Translations under genes and position numbers: made by a program
DNA from: Cyanidioschyzon merolae
Lineage: Eukaryota
DNA: 64,000 bases
Reading direction: 5' to 3' (one strand)
NCBI GenBank assembly: GCA_000091205.1
Contig: AP006484.2
Shown: positions 57,159-64,000 of the stretch, one piece after another
Layout: the number at the start of each line of letters is the position of its first letter
How positions within the stretch are numbered: position 1 is the first letter of the stretch
The notes under the pieces: model-generated
Database searches by the model: none
Seen by the model: the letters and a program-made list of their open reading frames with translations, nothing else
What the model was told of the DNA's origin: nothing

Positions 57159-58269
57159 TGTCTACCAGGAATGACTGCGAACGGATCTGCCCTTTCCTGT
57201 ACAGGTATACTAGCGTCACGATTCAGACATCCGGATCGGTACTGTTGGGTTTTTTGTGTACGATTTTTGTCTAACCATTCCCCAGTCCATTACTCTGTGT
57301 ACGTGCTCATCATCTATAAAAGATCGCGTAGCGATGATTCAAACACAATCGGATAGGGCGAGCAGCCACAGCTCGGACCTGAACTCGGGGAGCGTTTTCA
57401 TGACGTATCGCGTACAGGCAGTCGCAGGTTTCGGGTCGACGATGAGATCGCAGCGCCGCAGCACCAGCGTCGGCACACCATTACGAAAACGGTGCTCGCA
57501 TCCACCGAAGCTTTCATGAAGGAACAGTGCGTCGCGGACGTCGTCGTTGCATGGCCTTTGGTGGAGTGCGTGCGCTTCAAGGTGTCAACGCGGCTGCCTT
57601 GTAAGCAACAAGCGCGCCCTATGCAGACGTTTGTGGGTACCTCAACTGCATCATGAGGTACACACAGCGACAGCCCTACTCCTGGGCGTTCGAACAGCCC
57701 ATACGACGTCGCCCGGTGGTGAACAGTAGTATATGCTTATCTTGGGTGTCCAGATTTGGCAGCGCACGTACCCGAATTCACTACAATTGCGAATGGATGC
57801 CCACGAGATATCGAGCCTAACGTAAGCATTTGGTCTTCATCATGCGAGAGTGATGCGTGGGACGAGAAGCTCCAGCTCGCATAGATGATGCTGATGCCGC
57901 ATTTTTCGTGCATAGAGCTCCTGTCCTGAGCGGATTCCTGCGAATACCGCAGCCCCCAGTTCAGTGTTTCCCCTCGGACCAGAGCTTTATTGGATCTAGC
58001 GATCCGCCCAGTGGCTCGTCCGCTGCGCACGACTCGAGGAGGCGGGGCGCTGTTTTGCTTTATACGGTTTTGCAATGATAAACCTAACGACGGATCCCTC
58101 TGATGCACCACAATTACCGGAATGAGGACGTATTTGCCTGCAGAGTGTCGGACACGTGTCCATCATCGATCGGAGTAGCGTCTCGCGCGGTGCACGCATT
58201 GCGCACCGTAAGCGCGCCTGGGAGATCGGGCAGTCAACTGACGCGACGCGCGTGCCGTTGTTGAAGGGA

Positions 58270-60770
58270 AATGGGATCCTGATCAGGAGCGTGTAGCTCT
58301 CTTTTAAAAGTTGTATTTCCGTTAACTTGCTAGGCAAGTGTAGTTTTTCAGCTCACTCGTGTTTCAAACCTCAAGTAAAAATATTCGATTGGGGTTTACC
58401 GGTTTATAACAGAAGCGTTCAAAAGCGTTTTTTTTCCAAAAAAAAAACTAAAAAAGGAAAGCTATGAAAAAAGTTGACGATCTTGGAGGCCCAGTGTCGC
58501 TGGCTGCCAGAAAAAAAAACAAAAACCAGTGCCGAGTACAGAAGAAAAGGAAGAGGAAAAGAAGCAAACAATTTAGAGGGCCTACGTCGTAGGCAGCAAG
58601 AAAGACGCCTGTACGACGAGACGGTGGTGAAAGTCTGTTTTCTTGAACATGACTAGGATCCGTACGATGAAAAGTTGCGAGACGCTATCAGAAACCATGT
58701 CGACTCGTTCGCCAAGAGTATTGTCAAGGCGTCGTCAGGATTGGTGCATTTGGCGAGGGAGATGCATTGCAACGTGACGCACATGGAAACGGTCGAGATT
58801 CCGAATGAGTTCTTCGATAAGACCTTTACTCGTCACCTGATGCTTGGTACAGAGGAAACGCGGAAGGAAAATGAGCTGGTGCAAATCCTCCACGAAAAAC
58901 ATCCCCTTTACAGCTTCAATGGTACTCGATACTAGGCTTACCGGGATATTTATCCATATGGGCCCATGAAGTACCCCACGAATCTGAAGGACCATTTGAC
59001 GGTGAACCTCGAACGTTTCATGATACGTGCCGTGGTTACACTCTACCTGGGCCTATCTCGCAATGGAAAATGGGCGATTATCAATGGCGTCACGAACGAC
59101 CGCAAGCGTGAAGATGAGGTCGAATTTGTCGACAAGAAGACATCACGCAGGAGCACGAATGAAGCTTCTGGAATCCGTGCGGTTACAGAAGAGCACCGTG
59201 CGGTACTGGGGTTGGTTCATCCAACAGACAAGATATCAGAGTTGAAAAAAGACAAGGAAAGATACTATCGCCTCGTCCTGCGATATTTCGTGTTTTTGGA
59301 CCGAGAACTCGAACACAAGGTGGAGATGAAGCTGAATGGCGAAAAATGAAGAGTGGGAGAGACCGAAGGCTTTCCTAAAGGGGAAGCGCTTAAACGTGGT
59401 TCCAATGTGCAACATCAGGTCACATTTCGTGACTATCGACTCCAGAATCCTTTACGGCATCATGAAAGGGATCAGTACCGTGTTCAATGTTAGCAGGGAA
59501 TACTTCACCGGCGAAAACCGGGAGACGTACTGGAAGAATATCTTCGATTTCAAACGCCTGAGAGTGAGCAAGCAGAAATTGTTCACTGGGATGATCGAAA
59601 GCGATGGAGTAGCCTTGTGTGTACACGATCGGCGGTTGAAGACAAATCGTCCAGTTCCGCCCTCGGTCTCGCCCGTGCCGAAGCGTGAAGAAAAGGAGGC
59701 GGATCCTGTGACGCAGGAGGTGGAGGATAACGACCTTGTCGTTGATGCGGTGAAGCATGAAGAAAACAAGCAGGCGGATCCTGAGACGCAGAAAGTGCAT
59801 AACAACGACTTTGTCGTTGGCGCGGACCCCGGAAACACAAATATCATAACCATCGCAGTACCCAAACGTGCGGAGGATTGTACTGACGGTAACTTACGTC
59901 AGAAAGACATACGTATTTTTAAGTTCTAAAGATAGAGGCATTACCGAGAATCCGGTATAATAAATGCGAAGAAGAAAATCGGGACATGGAATGCAGGAGT
60001 CAAAGAGCACCTTGAAGCTTTGAGCGAGGTGACGAGCCGCGGAATAGACTTTCAAACTTTTCGGGAGTTCATGAAAGTTCTCGTTCCTCATTGGTAGGCG
60101 CTGTGGGAGGCGTATACAAAGCCCCGGTGGGCTCGTCTGCGTATGAACGTTTACTGCGGGAAACAGCGTGCATTCGCGAACTTTTTCAATGAGTTGAGTG
60201 CCTTCACAGATGATGAAAGTCACAGGCTCGTAGTAGCGTACGGAGCAGGGCGCTGGGCGTCGAGAACAGGTACTACGCCAGTTCCGTCAACAAGAACGTA
60301 CAAGGAGTGCGCGAGGCATTTTGCCGCAATGCCTGTACATGTGTTCCGAACATCGTATACACACCACGACTTGGAGTGCACACTTCTGAAAGTCGAGGTG
60401 GAAAAGTGCCAGCGGAGCCCGGAGGATATCAAATTGTACGGACCGCTGAAGGAAGAGCAAATGGAAAGCAGGGCAAAACTTCGAGAGCTACTTGCGCTTG
60501 TGTGCACAACCAATGATGGCAAGAAACGTATAAAATTCCTGTATCGCGACTTTAAGGCCGCTATCAATATGAGGACATGTGCAGTGCTGGAGAACAGAGC
60601 TCCGGAATGGACAGGAGGGAATTTGTGGGGCAACATCTCAAAGTGGAACTATATGAGAAACAATTGGAACCATTCGTACGTGACCGGTCGAGGATAACTG
60701 GGAAGCGTCTGCACCTCAGTGGATGACCTCGTGTCTGGGGCGCGTCACTCGCCAATATTCTACTCCGCTG
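58270..60770 (+). mobile_element. TnpB/Fanzor-like (OMEGA-family) transposable element, copy 2 (about 2.5 kb)
   Basis: Homologous to the element at 960-3350 from the 5' block (tcaagtaaaaatattcgattgg...aacagaagcgttcaaaagcgttttttttccaaaaaaaaaac) through to the 3' block ending ...gtctgcacctcagtggatgacctcgtgtctggggcgcgtcactcgcca. Estimated nucleotide identity between copies is about 65-75 %. Confidence 0.65.
58675..60697 (+). CDS. TnpB/Fanzor-like RuvC-family nuclease, coding capacity spread over 4 ORFs in different frames (58675-58935, 58966-59349, 59336-59929, 60143-60697). The gaps may be short introns or frameshifts
   Basis: RuvC-I reads [22 protein letters not shown]. The canonical RuvC-II region [12 protein letters not shown] lacks a Glu. 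The TS-zinc-finger region reads [14 protein letters not shown]...EKCQRSPED. RuvC-III reads RDFKAAINM, followed by a 45-aa C-terminal tail. There is paralogy to the copy-1 fragments, for example [36 protein letters not shown] versus LGLVNPRGKLSDVIKKDEVRCYSLILPYFMVLDRVLE. Confidence 0.55.
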
Positions 60771-60815
60771 GCGGCAGCGTTTTTCTTCTGAAAGGCGTTT
60801 GTTGTTGCTGGCGAT

Positions 60816-62543
60816 ATGCTCAGGTGGTCCGGATCTCAACAGGTAACCGACCGGAACCGAGCCGAACAGCATGGCCTGGTCGTGGCGTTCGCTTTTCCTG
60901 CTCGAGCACCGCGCCACAGCGAAGCAACACACGAGCGCTGGACTGGGCTGGCGCAGCGCGAACGCGGCTTGTGTGTACCGTTGAAAGCGACCAAGTGGAA
61001 ACGAGACTTGTGGCACTCGCGAAAGCTTCAAATGCAGGAGCCTGCACAGCGGAACAGAGAGCAGGTGCAAGCGCTAGTAGTAGGCTCTGGAGTGACTGGC
61101 TCTTCGTTCGCGTTCCTGCTGCAGCACGCTGGAATAAGCGATGTGATTTGCACCGAGGCACGAGGTGAAGTTGGTGGAAACCTTATTTCGCGTTCCAAAG
61201 ACGGCTACCTTTGGGAAGAAGGGCCCAACACCTTCCAACCAACACCGGTGATTCTGAAACTCGCGCGAGACGCGGGTCTCGAGTCCGAGCTTGTCTTCGC
61301 CGACGCCAAACTCCCTCGATACGTATACTGGGAGGGGGTTTTGCACGCGCTCCCGAGTTCGCCTGCAGACCTGATCACCGGCCGTTTCCGCCTGTTATCG
61401 AATGCGGGGAAGGCTCGGGCAGCGCTCGGAGCGCTCGGGTTCGTAGGCGCACCCAAACGCGTCGCACGGCAAGCTGGACCCGAGCCCAGCGAGGATGCTG
61501 ACCTAGCAGACGAGTCTGTAGAGGAATTCGTGACTCGCCATCTAGGCCGCGAAGTTTTCCTGAAGATTATAGACCCCTTCGTGAGCGGTGTGTATGCAGG
61601 CGATCCCAGCAAACTCTCCATGGCTGCAGCTTTCAAGCGCGTGTACGCACTCGAGCAGCTTGGCGGAACACGCGGGATTCTCGAAGGGGCGCTCATCCGT
61701 CTGCAACAACGTCGACGGGAACGTCAACGCTGGGCGGCAGAGAATCTCCCCAAGGTGAAAGCGGGTGCACTGGGCTCCTTCCGCGAGGGCCTGCAGCAGT
61801 TGCCGCTCACAGTGGCGACTCGGCTGGGCCCTGAGCGAATGCGAACTCGGTATGCACTGCGCCAAATTGAATACAATGGAGCAAAACGTGGAAAACGTCG
61901 CTATACTGCCCGCTTCGAAACCCCAGATGGCGAACGAGTTATCGAAACAGATGCCCTCATTCTTACGATCCCCGCACATGCGGCGTCACCGCTCTTGCAA
62001 GGTCTGGGTGTCTCTGGGAGTGAGCTGCTCCAGGAAATCGACTTTCCGCCGGTATACTCGGTAACTTTGGCATACCCAAAGTTTGCAGCGCGGTTTCCCC
62101 TAAACGGTTTCGGGAACCTGATACCGCGCTCTGCCGGTATTCGCACCCTCGGGATGGTCTGGTCGTCGAGTTTGTTTCCGGAACGAGCGCCTCCCGATAT
62201 GAATATGGTGCTCTCATACATCGGCGGTGCGCGTGATCCTGGTATCCGCGAATGCACCCCGGATGAAGTCGCTGCCCTCGTAGACGCGGACATGCGTCGC
62301 GTCCTCCTACGTGCCGATGCACCTTCGCCGCAAGTTCTTGGTGTGAGACTTTGGCCGCGGGCGATTCCACAATACAACCGGGGTCACTTGCGGCGCTTGG
62401 AAGCCTGCAACCAGGGTCTACAAGGCTTTCCTGGTCTCTTTTTAGGCGGAAACTATCTGAGTGGCGTTTCCTTCGGTGACTGCGTACAGTGGGCGTACGA
62501 TAATGTGCCTCGAGTGCTGACGTTTCTGCAGGAGACGGCTTGA
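60816..62543 (+). CDS. PPOX: Protoporphyrinogen IX oxidase (PPOX/HemY), FAD-dependent, with an N-terminal extension
   Basis: The FAD dinucleotide-binding fold reads VVGSGVTGSSFAFLLQHAG...VICTEARGEVGGNLISRSKDGYLWEEGPNTFQP. The C-terminus reads ...LFLGGNYLSGVSFGDCVQ. The ATG at 60816 is genuine, but the conserved domain starts about 75 aa later; an alternative ATG at 61032 gives MQEPAQ... Confidence 0.8.
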   Translation: MLRWSGSQQVTDRNRAEQHGLVVAFAFPARAPRHSEATHERWTGLAQRERGLCVPLKATKWKRDLWHSRKLQMQEPAQRNREQVQALVVGSGVTGSSFAFLLQHAGISDVICTEARGEVGGNLISRSKDGYLWEEGPNTFQPTPVILKLARDAGLESELVFADAKLPRYVYWEGVLHALPSSPADLITGRFRLLSNAGKARAALGALGFVGAPKRVARQAGPEPSEDADLADESVEEFVTRHLGREVFLKIIDPFVSGVYAGDPSKLSMAAAFKRVYALEQLGGTRGILEGALIRLQQRRRERQRWAAENLPKVKAGALGSFREGLQQLPLTVATRLGPERMRTRYALRQIEYNGAKRGKRRYTARFETPDGERVIETDALILTIPAHAASPLLQGLGVSGSELLQEIDFPPVYSVTLAYPKFAARFPLNGFGNLIPRSAGIRTLGMVWSSSLFPERAPPDMNMVLSYIGGARDPGIRECTPDEVAALVDADMRRVLLRADAPSPQVLGVRLWPRAIPQYNRGHLRRLEACNQGLQGFPGLFLGGNYLSGVSFGDCVQWAYDNVPRVLTFLQETA

Positions 62544-63414
62544 TGCAGCCTCATGAAGACGCTCACACGTGAATCACTGACGCAGCGATGCATGAACGCA
62601 CGGAATCTGGATACACCCCAGAACCGAGCAACGTCCCCAGTGTCGTAACCGTTGGTGTTGTCGCACACACGAACGCTGCAGATATAGAACTGAGAATCGA
62701 ACAGCATCCCTAGGATTGAAACCGTTATTGTTACGGTAAACAACAACAATGCGTTTATGCGTGTAAAGCACCCGGTTGCTGTCCGAAGTTGCCAACTTGG
62801 TGTCCGGTTCAACGCATGAGCCGCACGGAAAGCCGCAGATTGCATGCCGTAGCGGATGCGATGACGTGCAACGGTACTCAGTGTTGCTTCCGTGCCGACG
62901 TACGCCCCCAGATACCCCGAACAGCACCCAAACATGAGGCTGTGAGCGTTCCCTCGCGATATCGGCAACAGTGTCAGCGGGCTGAGCGCTATCGCGCCGT
63001 ACGCATCCTGAACGTGCGTTGGTCAATGCGCGCCCCACACTTGAACCGAGCTTTGATTGGATGCCAGGATCAGTGGAGGCGGCCTTTCATGCCCAGGGGC
63101 CAAGCATTCGATTCTAAAACGATTCCGTGAGGCGCCTCCGCTCATCCGTCCGGGAAACGGTTTCCAGTGCTTTCCAATGATCAGCGAGAATCGAGCGCAC
63201 AGGTCCATTGTGCAACCTGAAACCCGTAAGCCAACCTGCAAGACGTCATGCAAATGTGTGAGGAAATCCTGCAAGTTGACGTTCCTGATCATGCATTGCT
63301 ACCCGTGTTTGCGATGATGATCACCATCGAAATAAACTAGCTTCGGTCGCGGGCGTGATACACATCACTTCAGGGCAATAATCGAGAGCGCCGCGAGCCA
63401 ACGCAGTCGACTAT

Positions 63415-63978
63415 TCAGGAAACGTCGGCATCCTGCGGACCCTTGCGCTCTTCATGTTGATGTTGAGCGGCGGTTGGCGGCCGCCACCGCAGCACCAGCG
63501 CCTGTGCTTGCGGCATCCATCGTCGAGGATAGTAGTTGTCGATGACTTCGTCGTCGGATTCGAAACCACAGCTGCGATAAAACGCAACCAACTCTGTAGC
63601 TTGCAAAGGTGTGTGCAGGAAGACCTCGCGCACCTCCAGTCCATCAGGCAAGCATGGCGTCAGTACGCGTAGCAGCAGACGACTCCCGATACCTTGACCT
63701 TGAAAGACGGCATCAACCGCTACCGCATCAATGTACACCTGGGCACAACACGTGCGACGAGTCGCCACCCGGGCCAGGAGCACACCGACAACCTTCTCTG
63801 CATTGCCGGCCAGTCGACAGAGCGCCACCTGAGCAAGTCCAAGCCGAGCATCCCGTTCATAGGCTTCCTCGAGCCGCTGATGAAGACGTGGCAATGGCAC
63901 CAGGAGCGTGCCTCTGAGCAGCGCTAGCACTTGGCTCCCGTGTTGGCGCTCCAAGGGTGCAAACTCGACCCCGTGCAT
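63415..63978 (-). CDS. GNAT-family N-acetyltransferase
   Basis: The acetyl-CoA binding motif reads VAVDAVFQGQGIGSRLL (Q/RxxGxG/A). The protein is about 187 aa. The ATG at 63978 lies 22 bp from the window end, so the true start could be upstream. Confidence 0.55.
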   Translation of the reverse strand: MHGVEFAPLERQHGSQVLALLRGTLLVPLPRLHQRLEEAYERDARLGLAQVALCRLAGNAEKVVGVLLARVATRRTCCAQVYIDAVAVDAVFQGQGIGSRLLLRVLTPCLPDGLEVREVFLHTPLQATELVAFYRSCGFESDDEVIDNYYPRRWMPQAQALVLRWRPPTAAQHQHEERKGPQDADVS

Positions 63979-64000
63979 GACGCTGAAGCCGAGGTTGTGC

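Overview
This window is GC-rich (about 55-58 %) eukaryotic nuclear DNA, not prokaryotic. Genes lie on both strands as long uninterrupted ORFs with 0.3-1 kb intergenic spacers, and they are eukaryote-specific housekeeping genes: SF3B1-like HEAT protein, eS18 and eL18 ribosomal proteins, Pol III RPC34, Cdc123, CHMP2/Vps2, NUF2, topoisomerase II, and two ubiquitin E2s. Several nuclear-encoded organelle proteins are also present: a bacterial-type Der/EngA double GTPase, a bacterial-type TrpRS with an N-terminal extension, a plastid-type Cpn60 with a presequence, and protoporphyrinogen oxidase. The mix points to an intron-poor plastid-bearing protist or alga, tentatively a compact unicellular red- or green-algal genome; the taxon call is low confidence. 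There is no CRISPR array, rRNA or bacterial operon. The ORF track marks TTG and GTG as M, so I re-anchored starts to the first ATG where that mattered (Der 6602, eS18 10550, TOP2 33032, ASNSD1 24634, Cpn60 53626, and others). Three things stand out. (1) Two diverged, same-orientation copies of a ~2.4-2.5 kb element sit at the two ends of the window (about 960-3350 and 58270-60770). Each encodes a fragmented TnpB/Fanzor-like RuvC nuclease with a GADPG RuvC-I motif, a VDEFRTS motif and a C-terminal RDFNAAINI motif. Both keep a conserved ~170-nt non-coding 3' tail that would be the place to look for an omega-RNA scaffold. (2) A 1.9-kb near-perfect inverted repeat (570-bp arms, 54097-54665 and 55435-56005, around a ~770-bp CT/GT-rich spacer) lies in the divergent intergenic region between Cpn60 and a Cys/Ser-rich ORF. 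(3) A head-to-head E2 pair (UBE2T-like and UBE2E-like) is separated by a (GCCT)n tract and a 21-bp-unit minisatellite. Many microsatellites such as (GGC)n, (GT)n(GTTT)n, (CTG)n(ATG)n and (GCCT)n lie in promoters and low-complexity coding tails.
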